From contig NC_089434.1 of NCBI RefSeq assembly GCF_026210795.1, positions 2,480,001 to 2,544,000 on the forward strand: 64,000 nt of DNA. Direction: 5' to 3'. Within the stretch, counting starts at the first letter, position 1; each line of letters starts with the position of its first letter. Below, one piece after another: positions 24,401-37,617 of this stretch. A program made the position numbers and the translations under genes. Under the pieces are notes generated by a model that saw only the letters and a program-made list of their open reading frames with translations, was not told where the DNA came from and ran no database searches. This DNA is from Rhizophagus irregularis (lineage: Eukaryota).

Positions 24401-27400
24401 TAAAAAAGTTTAACCAAAGCCTTACGAATCACCTCAAATAAAGTAATAGGACGTGTATTTTTAAGTTGGCATTTCCATTCATGCGGTTTAGGAATAGGAA
24501 AAACAGTAGCTTGTCTCCATAAATCGGGAATATTTGCTTCTGATAAACAGGCACAAATTAAATTGAAAAGCAAAGTAGAAGCAGAAGGACCTAGGTGTTT
24601 CAACATCTCATACGAGATCATAGAAGGACCTGAGGCTTTGTCATTAGGCATGGAGGAAATTGTTGAGGACCATTCATCAAGGGTAGGAGGATCCATTAGT
24701 GAATCAAAAATAGCTGGAGAAACATCAGCAAGTGGTGCATAAGCGTTAGACCATCGTTCAGGCAAATCCTGTATAGAAGAAGGAGTAGTAGAAGTAATTG
24801 GAACAAAATTTTGAAAATGTTCAATAACTTCTTGATCAATAGCATCTGGAGAAGTTAATAAAGTGGGTTGTGTTAGATGATCAATGAAAACACGATCAAG
24901 AACAATTCGTTGTCTGGTTCGTGACAAAGCAGAATCTATAAAAGTGGAAATATTATTGGTAAAGTTATCATTCCGAGCATCAATTTTAGCCTGAATAGAA
25001 GAGGCTTGAAATTCTTTTTCTTTTAGCAAAAGAAGACTTCGCAAAAGCAAAGTCATATTTTCTAGGGTTTGGAGTAAATTGGCAAAATCATCAATTCTTG
25101 CATCTCGAAGAAAGGGTGGAAAAATAATAGGTGTAACAAAGGTTTGTTTATAAAGGGATAAAATATTATTAAGACGTATATAATATAAAGACCACTTAGT
25201 TTCATGATGCATAGAGTATGAGATAGGGGTCTTATGAAGGGAACGGATAGTTTTAGCCACTTTGGACAAAAATCTATAAGACTGGCATAAACTTTCCAAG
25301 GCTTTAGGCTTCTTTGGAATATAAGTATTGCCCACAGTAACTGAAGGCAATGTGGAATTAGCAGCTTTGATAATCCTAGAATGAAGATATTCACATTTCT
25401 GATTGAGAGGCCAAGCGTCAAAAACAAGTGGATCAATTGGACATAATTTATCCAAATTATCAGCAAAAGCAGTCCATTGATCAGCAGAAATGGAGTCATA
25501 TTTGAAAACACGTCGAGTATTACGACCAAGTTGACGAACTCGTGCAGATTTAATAGCATCTGATAATAACGAAGCATCAAAATATGTAATAATAGGGTTA
25601 TGATCTGAAATGTGTAAATCGTGAGCATCAAAAATAGAAGCTGTTAACATATATTGGCGAAGAAGTGGACAAGACCAAACAAAGTCGATACGGGTAATAG
25701 TGTCCAAATGGTGATAAGTACCTAAGGTACCGGATAAATTAAGGGGGGTGCAATCCTCGTAATTATGAGAAAGCAAATAATGAAATAATTTGTGAATTCG
25801 TTTAGCAGCAACCTGAGGTTGATGCAGAAAGATAGGGTAATATTTATCCAAATTCATATTAAAATCACCGCAAATAGCATGGTGAAAATTTTGTGAAGAA
25901 GTTTGGGAAATTAAAGAAATTAATTGATCAATGACTTCATAACGAAGAACAAGATCATTTGTAGGGGGAATGTAGACGACAAATATACGCAATTTAACAT
26001 TGCCTTTAAAAAACAAGTCTACAGAAAGAATACGGGAGGAATGGGATTGATAAAATTGGACATGAGTGGCTAAAGAGTTATGTATAAATAAAGAAACACC
26101 ACCAGAAGAGCGGCCGTGTTTGGTGGAGTCCAAATCAGAATGAAAAGAAGTATAATCACAAACTCGTTTAGACAAAAATTTCATTTATTTAGGCGATAGG
26201 TGTGTATCAACAATACCGCCAAAGGAAACGTAATTTTGTAAAAAGAAAGAAGAAATTTGGTCCATTTTAAAGGAACCTTGACCAGGAGTTTTAAGACCAT
26301 TAACATTAAAAGAAGAAATGTTAAAAGAATTGGGAATGGGGGAAGTAGAGGAAGAGGAAGAAAATAAAGTAGCAGATAAAGGATCATTAAAAATATCACT
26401 AAAATCAACGGGGTTGGGGGGATTTCGCACAAAGGTATCATAATCTATGTGGTCATTCATCATTATAACACTATGATAGAAACTGCGGGGTGAAAGAAAG
26501 GGATAACAAATTAATCAGACGAAGTCATATTGACTAAGTCCGAGGAAGAGCCACCAGAAATGGAGCTAATAAATCTTTCAATGGAGCCAGATAAGTGATC
26601 AAATTTGTTATCTAAAGAGCGTTGAAATGAATAAATTTCAGCACGTTCTTTATTAATAGCAGCTTCATTAGCATTTTCGGAGATGGGGGAAGAAGAAATG
26701 GTGGAACGGGGAACAGGAACCGTTGGGGGAGGGAGAACCGAGCCGGAAGTAAGCCTGTTCGAAGTGGACGGGTTAGATTGTGTTATATAAGGGGGGTGCT
26801 TTGATGATTGTCAACAAGCATATGTGAAGAATTATTGGGATCAGGTGAAAGAACATCGTCCTGTAGATGCCCAAAAACATGACGTTCCAGCCGAGACATC
26901 CTCTGATCAGCTAATTCAAGAGCATGAATTCTAGTACGTACACTAGCCATATCTTCTTGAAGGCTTTTAAGCACCGAAAGGATCTCTTGAATTTGGGAAC
27001 AATTAGGATCCACCAAGGAAGGTTTGTGGCCAGTCGAGTTGGGAGTAACAATGTTATTACGTTGAGAAGTTGAAAAGGAAACTGAACGGTCTTTGCCTTT
27101 ACGTTCATTAGATCGAGGTCGTTGAGCAGATTGAGTAGAATTACGGAAATTAGAAGAATTAGGCGAAGAAGCATTATTGGTGGTATTGTGATTCCGTTCA
27201 GCATTTTTATCTGGATGGTTACGTTGTTGAGAATTAGAACGATCATTGGATTGAGAACGGGAACGATGTCTACTGCGATTAGCAGAAGAATTATTATTAT
27301 TAAATTGACCAATATTGAAACGTTCTTTCAAGTGTGCTACAGGATTGCGAGTGCGTGAGCGACCTCGAGAGTTGTTCAATGGGCATGCAGTAGGAGCGCA

Positions 27401-28384
27401 GCCAAGTTTGCCGCATCTGTGGCAAAGCTTGTTCGTATTTTCCGGAAGTTCCCACTGGAGTCGATGACCTTGCAAGGCGATTGATTGTTCCATTGCAGTG
27501 TCCATCATTTGTTGCGATTTAAAAGTGATGTAAGCCCATCGTTTAGGTTTATAAGAATTAAGAGACAGGGGATATTAACAGCCATAGCACCAACTGCTCG
27601 TACCAAGGGTGCTAAATGCACATCTTTTGTGTTAGGAGGGAGCTGAGATAAAACAGCAACGAATTCACGTCGCGATTTCTTTTGATCGGGTAAAGGAGCG
27701 TGTATAGTAACGTAAACAAGTAGAATAACAATAGATCGCCCACTGTTTATCCATAAAATGTTGGATGGAGGAGACATCATCATAAACGATACGAGCTTAT
27801 TGGACTTTAGCAATAGCACGTGTATGAAGGCGACAGGACTGTATGTTACCATACTTTTTGAAAAGAGCAGTAATATCATCTTTCTTGATGAAAAACGGGA
27901 TGTCAGTAATTTGAATTGCCCAGAGATCTTCATCAGTTCGGAGTTGTTGAGGGTCATGTAGAAAAAATCGGAGATCGGCAAGATCATCATGTTGGAGAGA
28001 AAGGCAGGCGTCACGTTCAGTAGTTGAATTAAAATGAATGACTAATCTTTTGAGGTCACCAGAACCAGACATGCGAGCACGGCCAGTGTAGGAGTGATAA
28101 CATCGGGAAATTTTTTAAGATGCAGAACTGCGGAGATCTGTAAAATTAGCAGATCTCCGCATTTTTTTTGTGAATTTATGCGGAAGTCTGCGATTTTGCA
28201 GATTTCTGCTTTTTATTTTTTACAAAATTATGCAATAATCTGCAATTTTGCAAGTTTCCGATTTTTTATGTATGCATTTCTGCGGTAATCTGCGATTTTG
28301 CAGATTTCCGCTTTTATTTTTTACAAAATTATGCAATAATCTGCAATTTTGCAAATTTCCGATTTTTTATGTATGTATTTCTGC

Positions 28385-28628
28385 TAAGGTTGCTTGTCTA
28401 AACCTCTTCAAAAACCTACGATTAGTTTCGTCAAAATTTTACTATAGATTTATTATAGTTTCGGCAGAGTTTCAGCAGTTTCGGCATTTATAATAAGTTT
28501 TAGCAGTTTCGCCTTTCTCCAAAGTTTCGCCAGTTTTTTAATATAACTTTAATATAGTTTCGGCAGAATTTCGCTTTTCGGCGAAACGCCATCTTGCCTA
28601 AACCCCTAGGTTTCGGCAAGCAACCTTA
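28385..28628. mobile_element. 244-bp hAT MITE, second copy
   Basis: Near-identical to 7309-7552, with TSD ATTTCTGC. Confidence 0.95.
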
Positions 28629-28937
28629 ATTTCTGCGGTAATCTGCGATTTTGCAGATTTCCGCTTTTATAACTACTATATTACTAACTGAAGAAAACTC
28701 TGTACTAATACTAACTGACGGAAATCATGAGATAAATTGCTATTTTTTACAGTTTGTTTAATTGCTTTAATTTACTAGCAACCCGTAAGATATCATACTA
28801 TTAAAGACTTCCTCTTTTTGTCGATCTGAAAGGCTTTTCATAAAACTAGCGAAAAAAGCTAAAGTGGCGTTTTAGATATACTGTATGGATGATGAAACGT
28901 CATTTTTCTTTATTTAATACAATTTTATTTTGAAGAT

Positions 28938-31900
28938 TTAGAACATATATTTATTTAACAGAAAGCAATTTTCTTTGTTAAACCTCGGAATTATATGAAC
29001 CTTCTGATTGATAGATTCAACTGGAATAATGTTATATTCTTCAGTATAGTATAATTGGGAATAACCATAGACTATAGGCTCTATTGGATGAATGTCAAAC
29101 CAACGAACAAGAGCAAGTTCGTATGGCTCTTTATATGATCCTCGAAAGAATTTTAAAAATAGCAATACCTTAAAAAGAAATAATTTGTAAAGAACTACGA
29201 AGTAAAATCGTACTTACGAATTTTTAAAGTTCACTTACTTTTCCGTACCAAGCACCTTCGTCTTGTCCTTGATCCTCCGCATGAGTTACTGCGACATTGC
29301 TAAACCATTCTTTTCCTTGAAATTCACCCGTTGATCTTAGAATTTCTCCACTTTCTAGATGAACTGAATCATAAATTTTGATAAAAAAATCATTTTCTGA
29401 ATCTTGCGAGGATGTGTCTAAAAAAGTATCCAACGCTGTAATTATTTGTGCCAATCCTTCAATATAATTTGGATGTGGCGGATTTTCAGATTTTTTTAAA
29501 GATTTTATTTTTTCATCAATGGAGTCTAGATTTAATTCCCAAAGAATTTTTCCAAACCCTTCGGTTTTACGATGAATGACTTTCATGCCACTGGTAGTTG
29601 GAGTTAATTCTTTACGCTTTACCTGCAAAAATATTAATAGTTTAGTATTTATGGTTGGAGAAAAGTTAAAAAAATCTTATAAAACTTTTACTAACAGCGT
29701 TCACCAGTTGTTGCATCACGTGTTTTCTATTTGTTGCTCGATATGGAATTTTAATATATAATTTATGGAGCGTTTCGTAAGTCTCCGTTGATAGGCCATT
29801 CAGTGCACCATATTTGACAATGGCAGGTACTGAAATAATTAAATTAAATTAAAATTTGTATAAATTAATAGCCATCTTCAAATTATATTACCTGCATGAT
29901 AACGCCAACTATGCAGCTTTGGAAAACTGCAATCCGTAGTAGATAATGGGGAGAATATCCTTTTAAACTCTATGCACCAATCAATGATTGCTTCCTATTT
30001 TAGTTAGTAGTTAGATCATCTATTAACTTTTAAAGAAAGTTAATTTTTTTAAATTTTTTCTTCTTACTTCAAAGATATTCAGTTCATTTTCGGTATATGA
30101 TTCTTGTCTGCTCATAGTATACATTTTATTAAACTTCGTGTAAAGTTCACAAAGTTCTTTATAAGTTATTTCATTTTCTTCGCTGAAAATTTCATCCAAA
30201 GCAAAAATCGCTATCTTCATAATATGACGATAGTTTGATGCTGTCATTACTTTTAGTTGACCTACTTTACTTAACAATTTAAGGCCTGGAAAACGTGGAA
30301 TTTGTTGAAGACGTTCGTCGAAAATCTTCTGTAATTCCAACCCTCTGACCTTTTTTAAGATTTCCTGCGTAAACTCCAGTTGATATTTAAAAAGTCCAAG
30401 GTCGATATGATGCATACGGTCGGGAACGCACACTTCGTAAATATTCAGATTTCTGTAAAAAAATTTATATATGTAAAAAAATTTTTACAACGTCGTCATT
30501 ACTTATAAAATTTAGTGATATTTACGGAAATTCCCAGAAGGCATTTTTGACGTAATGTACAGAATACTCCTTTCCTTGTCCAGCGCTAACCATTTCCTTC
30601 ATATTTTCATGAGTTCTGGAAAGTATATCTTCTCGTGTAAGTTTCATATCGTTTAAGTTATTTTGCAGAACCATACAAGTATGGCATGGCATTTTACATC
30701 GCGCTCCTTTATATGTAGCGGTCACATCATCTGCTTCGAGCATATCTGCGAGAAAAAAAGAAATTCGTGCAGCAAATGTTTTCGCTTGTCCATTAATCCT
30801 AAAACATAACGTATCAGGTTTCTCCAGTAAAGGCCAAAGCATGATATTAAAGCATTTGTAAAATATTTCACGCTGCAAACTTCAAAAGACTTCGGTAGTT
30901 TTAATGCCTGAATCTTGAACTTTAGGCAAAAAACCTAAAAGTATTTTAGATTCTGGTAGGTTTCGAACCCAATTTGGAACATTTCCAAGCGTTAAAAATA
31001 CTGGATGGCCTGATGTCTTGCCCAGTCCATCGAAAGTGGTCCCATCTGAATATAAGATGATAGACAATAGGTGATTTAATGGCGGAAGAGTCTTCTCCGT
31101 TTCCAGCCACCAGTCGCCTTCATATGGCTCACCAAACACTCTTGTTTCGCTTCCATCATCCTAAGAATATAAACAACCAAAAATATGAGTGATGATCTTC
31201 AGTTTCTTTTTAGTTATTCATAATTATTAAATTTACCCTTTTTTTCTTTAGAATTCCCTTATAGACAAAATTATTAGCTACTTCTGGTCATTGCAGAAGA
31301 GCTTGAATAGCGCGAAATATAAGACGATAGTAGAGTGTAATGTCAATACCGCTGTAGGTTGAAACAACTTTTTCTTTGAAGTCTAATGAAGGTGAAGTTA
31401 TTTGATTGAGATGGTCTTTGCCATTTTTGGTTGATTTCGGTAATGGAGATTCTTCCAGATTGCTATATTTATTAAAGAATTTAATTATTTGATCTCCAAT
31501 TTTGTTAGATATATTACCCTCTACAATTAATCTCATGAAATCTCTGTATGCATCGTTTGGCCACTTTGCTACGCGTTCTGGTAGATTTTTTCCTTCAATA
31601 GCATCTAAAGCATCATCTAACGATGCTCCTTCAAGATCTTCAGGATCTAGATCAATGTTGTCGCATTTACTGGTATTTCTGTTCCCAACTCCTCAAAATT
31701 TTCTTCAAAAATTTCTTCAGCTCTCTCTTCTATATTTTCTGATTTTGATCTTTTTCGCAGATTATAACATGGTTCAGATTCTAAATTGTCTGCATCTTGA
31801 GTTGGAATTTCGTTGATTATTATATCCTCCATCTCACCAATATTATCATCTTGGTATGTGGATTTTTCATGCGAAGTAAATGTATCTGGCATTGTAATGG

Positions 31901-32099
31901 GTGTATTCCATAACTGAACATCATGTTCTGGCATAACCGCTGTTCTTGATGGTTGTCGCGAGAATCTTTGAACGTGTTCACTTGGTTCACTTGGTCGAGA
32001 AGTTGTTGTTCTTCCATGGTGTTTGGCATTAGCGTGCTGTCTCAAACCGCTGGGAGTTGAAAAATATCTCTTGCAAATTTGACATTTATATCTGACCAT
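28938..32099 (-). pseudogene. Plavaka transposase with N-terminal C2H2 finger, multi-exon
   Basis: CQIC..H..KH, WW..E..LP..IILYSDGT..HPVFLTLGN, ADMLE, PDRMHHIDLGLF and KLHSW. Confidence 0.85.
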
Positions 32100-32359
32100 T
32101 TTTCTTTAGAAATCAATGCGAGTTTAGAAATTAACGCAGGAAAATTTTTTTGATAGTTTCACGCGAGAAATATTTATGAAGATTTACTTTTGGTATATTT
32201 TTTTTTTACTGATTATCAAGCGAATATAAATTTTACTGATAATTGATTATTTTTGTTTACTGAAAGATAATTAATTTATTTACTGATTAGTAATTAATTT
32301 TTTTCATTTACTGATATTTTTAATTCGGGAGTAACTGATTTTTTTACCAATTCATTAAC

Positions 32360-32680
32360 AATTAATTTATTTAATTTACTGATCCTTAAATATATTTTAA
32401 TTCAGGAGTAACTGATTTTTTAAAAAACTTCCGGCAAAACTTTTAACCTTACACAATTTTTCAATTATTTATAATGTAAGAATTTTTTCATTTTTTTTCG
32501 GTTGGCTGAATCGTCGCAATAATTAATTTATTTAATTTACTGATCCTTAAATATATTTTAATTCAGGAGTAACTGATTTTTTAAAAAAATTCCGGCAAAA
32601 CTTTTAACCTTACACAATTTTTCAATTATTTATAATGTAAGAATTTTTTCATTTTTTTTCGGTTGGCTGAATTGTCGCAT
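32360..32680. repeat. Tandem duplication, 161-bp unit, between the divergent Plavaka genes
   Basis: 32360-32520 is repeated almost exactly from 32521. Confidence 0.9.
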
Positions 32681-32801
32681 ATTTTTACATTTATATGAAT
32701 CTTAACAATTTTTTTTCAATTTTTCGAATTAATTGTTGTTTGAATTTTTCTCCGCAATATTTTTCCTATACAAATTTTACGAATTTAGAATTTAAGTGAT
32801 T

Positions 32802-34611
32802 ATGGCGTCTAAAAGGTCAAAAAATGCAAAAAACTCAAAAAAAAGAAAGCAAGCACTTGACGTTCCTGAAGGACAAAGAAGAAAACAAGCACTTGACGTT
32901 CCTGAAGGACAGAATGAAAGCTAACAAAATATATTTGCACAAATGTTATCAGGTAGTTAGTCGTCAAGATGCTGATATTTTGCAATTTAACATTATAATT
33001 AACTTTTGCTGAACGCCAACAGTAGAATCTTCAGAAATTCCTAAAGATCAGCGCACAGATCGTGAAAAATCACCTATTGGTCCTTTCGTACTCGTTACTC
33101 TATTTGATGTAGATCGTGGAAGATCTTTAGTTAAATCTGTTTCTTTTACTCCAGCAAATCGTGAGAAATCCTCAACAAATCGCGAGAATTCTTTAGTCAG
33201 GACTGCGCATACTGAAACTTCCGTTTCAACTACATTGACGCCATCTGTAACTCCTATGAGTTATGAAAGAACTTCGAGGACGCCAACTCCCATACTTAGT
33301 CCAATGCAAATTGACCTTGATAAAGAAATTGATTATTATAACGTCGATGACGATGATAACGAAGAACATAATGATAACCGTGATAAAAGTGATACCCGTG
33401 AGCCTTTACCAAAACCACATAATGTAGAGGGTGAACGTTACCTAACTGTGAAAGAGTTTAATTATGCCATGAATGCATTAGATGGAAAGGTAAACGCCAT
33501 CTACAAACTTTGTCGATATATTGGAGATCAGCAACAAAAAAGTATTCAAGATACGCAAAATGTTGCAAAAAGTGATGTATTAAGCGATGATTTCTGGAAT
33601 GTAAGTTAATTAAAAATTATCAACTTGATTTTAATCTAAAGATACTTATAATAACCAAATATCTTCACAGCGCGTTTATAAAAATGTAGCTAAAGAACTT
33701 ATTCCAACGTCTTTATATCCTTCGGATATAGAATACCGAAAGGCTTTAGAAACATATTTATCTAAACATGCAGAACATTACATTAAAAATATTGGGCAAA
33801 ACGCGTGGATTTCTTTATTTTCAGATAAGTTGTTGGCAGAGGTATGTGAAATATTAATAATCGTTAAAAAAAGGTATTTTTTTATATTTATTTAACTTTT
33901 TTTTAGATAAAAACTAAATGCAGAAGCAGGAGAAATGATTTTGCCGCAAGTATCAGGAGTGCCATGTTTTCCGTCTTTGGAGAACAGCGATTGGAACGCA
34001 TAGATAACAATTCTCCTTCTATGAAGATCGCTGAATGGAAACAGAATCAAAAAACGCGTAATGCGTTTTATGAACTTTTCAAAAATCACGATATTCTAAT
34101 GAAAATTGGCCATTCAGTTTTCAAACAGTATAGGGATAAAGAACTTCCTTTTACGCATTGTGCGTATATTTTATCAATATGTGACATCTTGTTAAATTCC
34201 AATAGCTATAGTATTAAGTGTAATGACAAGTCTGTTACGAAAAGAGTCGAATTTTTTCTAGTAAATAATTTTCGCAAATTTTCGCAGTTCTTTTAATCTT
34301 TTAATATTTTACAGATATTAATCTATAATTAATTAACAGCAAGCGTTTAGAAATAAAACGCAAATAACTCCTCGAATAATGGAGGAATTAGCTGAAAAAG
34401 AAGCGAAAGAAGTTAGTCAAAGAACTGATCAATACGAGTCAGCAGTCGCAGAAGAGAGCAGCGATTCAGTTGAAAATGAAAATTATGATGATTTTGTAAG
34501 TTAAAGTTATTATTTATGTTCGATTATACACTTAATTGAATTATTTTACTAAGCTAAATCATCATTTTTTTTTAGATTAATAATCTAGATTCGCAATTTC
34601 CTCAGGATTAA
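32802..34611 (+). CDS. Plavaka accessory gene, multi-exon, unknown function (bounds approximate, possibly pseudogene)
   Basis: ORF segments 33235-33609 and 33964-34296 with GT-AG introns, inside the TIRs. Confidence 0.55.
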
Positions 34612-34980
34612 TTGTATTTCTTTGAAATACTAATTTTTTTATAATTCGTAATTTTATATTTTTTAATTGTATTTCTTTGAAATACTTTAATTTTTTTTAT
34701 ATCATTTTTTTTATATTCTTTAATCGTATTTCTTTGAAATACTTTAATTTTTTTATATCATTTTTTTTTTATATTCTTTAATTGTATTTCTTTGAAATAC
34801 TTTAATTTTTATATCATTTTTTTTATATTCTTTAATTGTATTTCTTTGAAATACTTTAATTTTTATATCATTTTTTTTATATTCTTTAATCATATTTCTT
34901 TGAAATACTAATTTTTTTATAATTCGTAATTTTATATTTTTTAATTGTATTTCTTTGAAATACTTTAATTTTTTTATACT
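34608..34980. repeat. AT-rich minisatellite, about 55-58 bp unit
   Basis: Repeated TATTTCTTTGAAATACT core. Confidence 0.85.
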
Positions 34981-36164
34981 GTAATTCGTATTTTTACGCG
35001 AAATTTTACGTTGCTTTTTTTTGGTAGAAATAAAGAATTGATTATGATTAATTAATATAAATGGACTATAAATTATCATATATTAATTGTATTTTATATT
35101 TCGATTTATTTCAAAGGTTTTTTATTTAAAAATCCGCGCAGAACATTGCTATTTATAAAATCTGCGCAGTTTTTTATTAGAATTTTCCTCTAATGTTTTG
35201 CGCCAGGGTATAAGATCTGCGCAGATATAATTTCTGAAAATCTGCGCAGATCTGCTCCCCAAAAAATTTCCCGATGAAGTTTCCAAAAGGAGATTATTGA
35301 CAGCGTCAATCATAGCCCGATTGGTAGGATATTTTTTAACAAATTCAGGGGAAGTATTAGGCGCCGCAGCAGCCTGATAATCATGTCTAAGAATGGAAAT
35401 AGTGGGCGTGTCAAGGAGAAGAGGAGAAGTATCATTGGTATCCATAATATCCTTATTGGGAGACGCGTTTAAGGGGAAGTTTCTTTGTCTATTGGGGCAT
35501 GTATGGACGTGTCGGTACCAGACGTGACAGAACCATACGCAGAAGGCGCAGTAGGATCGTTAGGAGGAGGAGACGAAAAGTTGTCAGCATTATTTTGTTG
35601 AGGAGGAGTAGTATTACTACCTCCAGCGTCAGCCGCTGAGTCGGCGACGTAGTCTTCTTCCATAGGATTTTCTGGGAGCGTACGGGTACGTTTGGAAGGG
35701 TTGTTTTTATTGTTTGTTTGTTCATTATCAGAGTTCGAAACGTCAGAGCCGAGTCTTTATTTTTGTTTCGTTTGTCTTGACGCTTGGCAGGTCCCCCGTT
35801 AGGGTTATTGCCAGCTTTTTTGTTACCTTTGAGAGACATTTTAGTAGTAAAATAAGAGATGTGTTAGTATGAAGAATAAAAATTTCTTAAGTCACACTTT
35901 CGGCAGATTGGCTTATTTTTCGGGGGGGTTTCAAAAATCGTTTTTTGTAAATATCTCGGCATCCAGTGGTCCAATTTTGATGAACTTTTTTTTATTTTGT
36001 AGAGCTAAATGAGGGCTACAAAATAAAAAAAAGTTCATTAAAATTGAATTACTGGATGCTGAGATATTTACAAAAAACGATTTTTTGAGTTTCAGCAAAA
36101 AGGGGTGTTTTTGGCCAAAAGTCCATTATGACCTTTATATTAGATATCCGGGGTCCTGTACATA

Positions 36165-37534
36165 CTCACCAAATATTACAGTTCCAGGGATTCTCGCTTC
36201 TCTATCATATATCAATGCATTTGGCTTTCCATCCTGTATTAACTGTATATCGAGACCAAGTTTTTTTGCTCATTGTAAGTCGATGAATGTATAGACTCTC
36301 CTCTTATTCTGTCAGAAGAGAATGTTATTACCACTTACCTTAGCACGGAATAATCCATACAAGGCATAACCTCTGTGATCAATAAAGTCTGAAAGTGTCT
36401 AGAATTTGCCCTGTTTGATTGGAAAGTTTGCATTTGATTGTTGAATACTCAGATATAAACTTGTTGCATCGTACTGTCTTCCATAGCCCTTCTACTCGTT
36501 ATCTGCCCAGATTAATCCTCCCATCATTGCATCACTTAACCACTCCGCTTCTATCAGGTCAAGAGGATCATTGGCTGAAATCCCTACACTTAATCGTTCA
36601 AATAACCAGAGAGCCGTTCTTTTGTAAGACCAGTTATAGTATGATAAGTCTATCCCTAGACCAAACTTCTTTGTCACCTGTAAGAAAACATTCCGCTCCT
36701 CGTGGATTCTCTGATATACTTCTTCAAGAGTTTCATATATTTCCGTTTTATGGTTTTTCTCAACAGGAATAAAGGAACGCTTGGAATTCTTACCCTTTTG
36801 AAACTGTCCAATCACGCAAGACTTAACCGTTTTGCCATTGTATATTGTGACTACATTTTTTACTCCATCTTCATGATACACAATGGGCAGATTACACTTC
36901 CTATCTAATTTACTGGGGTGGAGTCTTCCGGGATTTAACGCGAGGGAGTAGTGACCCTCAGACAGGATGAGAGTCGCACATCTATCAGACTTACTCTTAG
37001 AGATTCGGGTAATATCCCCACGATGTTAAGTGCGAGACTTCCTGCGAGTTGTTCGACCCTGTCCATGCATGAAACTGGGATGGGAGCATTACGATTGAGA
37101 CCTAATGCCTTTTTGATATACTCAGGCTTTTTAATTGACTTTGGCATTTTAGAGAATGTGCCGTAGATATATTTTAGGCATTCATACAGGCAATCATTTA
37201 GCTCCCCATTGTATCCTCCTGCGGCCGGTGGAGCATCTCTTATATAAATTATAAATCTTTTGAAATAATTAGGATCTGCGTCGTCTGGTAGTTGTGCTTC
37301 ATCATAATGGTCTAACAGTGAAAAGAGACTTACCGGTTCATTTCCTGATGTCCACCCACTGGGTTTCCAGTTTTCATAGGGAAGTAAAATCTGGAATTTA
37401 TGTGTTAGATACCGGGATTGGAGTCGCTGTCCAAGTCTTGCTATTGCTCCTCTAGAAAATCTTGCGCCTGAATACTGTAATTTTTTGATATCCGGTCTTG
37501 TAGGTAAAGCACAGACATTCTCTGAATAAACCAT
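36165..37534 (-). pseudogene. Family-B DNA polymerase-like gene, N-terminal and central part
   Basis: AMMGGLIW...YDATSLY(L)S...FP, a motif A (DxxSLYP)-like sequence. Stops and a frameshift. Confidence 0.75.
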
Positions 37535-37617
37535 TTGATGTATTTATGAATTGTGTTCAGTTGTAATATAGGTTTTTTATACAAAAAATATAAGATAACT
37601 AAGAAGTGCTTATCTTA

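Larger units (their letters stand above)
8618..26463 (-). pseudogene. LINE A ORF2: APE endonuclease, RT, RNase H, C-terminal Cys/His motif
   Basis: SFNVNGL, CGDFN, SDH (APE); QDISKAFDSV, GIDQGEVISPLL, FMDD, FLGV (RT); YTDGS, RAEAAA, YTDSQ, KVKAH (RNase H); CRSC..HLFLC. Frameshifts and insertions. Confidence 0.9.
28101..35276 (-). mobile_element. Plavaka-type (CMC) transposon, 7176 bp
   Basis: 16-bp perfect TIR CATCGGGAAATTTTTT, 2-bp TSD AA and GCAGAT subterminal repeats. Confidence 0.92.
26511..35839 (-). pseudogene. LINE A ORF1 (gag-like, Zn knuckle), split by the Plavaka element
   Basis: CHRCGKLGCAPTAC knuckle. The frame LLETYHSYTGRARM is restored on removing 28101-35278. Confidence 0.8.
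8365..35887 (-). mobile_element. LINE A, full length (about 8.2 kb), in four pieces: 8365-8950, 16695-17333, 21775-28100, 35279-35887
   Basis: 16-nt duplication TAAGTCACACTTTCGG at 8349-8364 and 35888-35903. Reading frames rejoin across each nested insertion. Confidence 0.9.
8319..36158. mobile_element. About 301-bp palindromic MITE split by LINE A (parts 8319-8364 and 35904-36158)
   Basis: TIRs CAGAACCCCGGATATCT / AGATATCCGGGGTCCTG. TACATA is duplicated at 8313-8318 and 36159-36164. Confidence 0.9.

Noticed and set aside
34608..35079. Regular repeats and a 108-aa ORF, superficially CRISPR-like
   Set aside because: No unique spacers and no cas genes; a minisatellite inside a transposon.
8349..35903. 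LTR or DIRS interpretation of the RT element
   Set aside because: The 16-nt repeat behaves as a TSD. There is an APE endonuclease and no integrase, protease or tyrosine recombinase.
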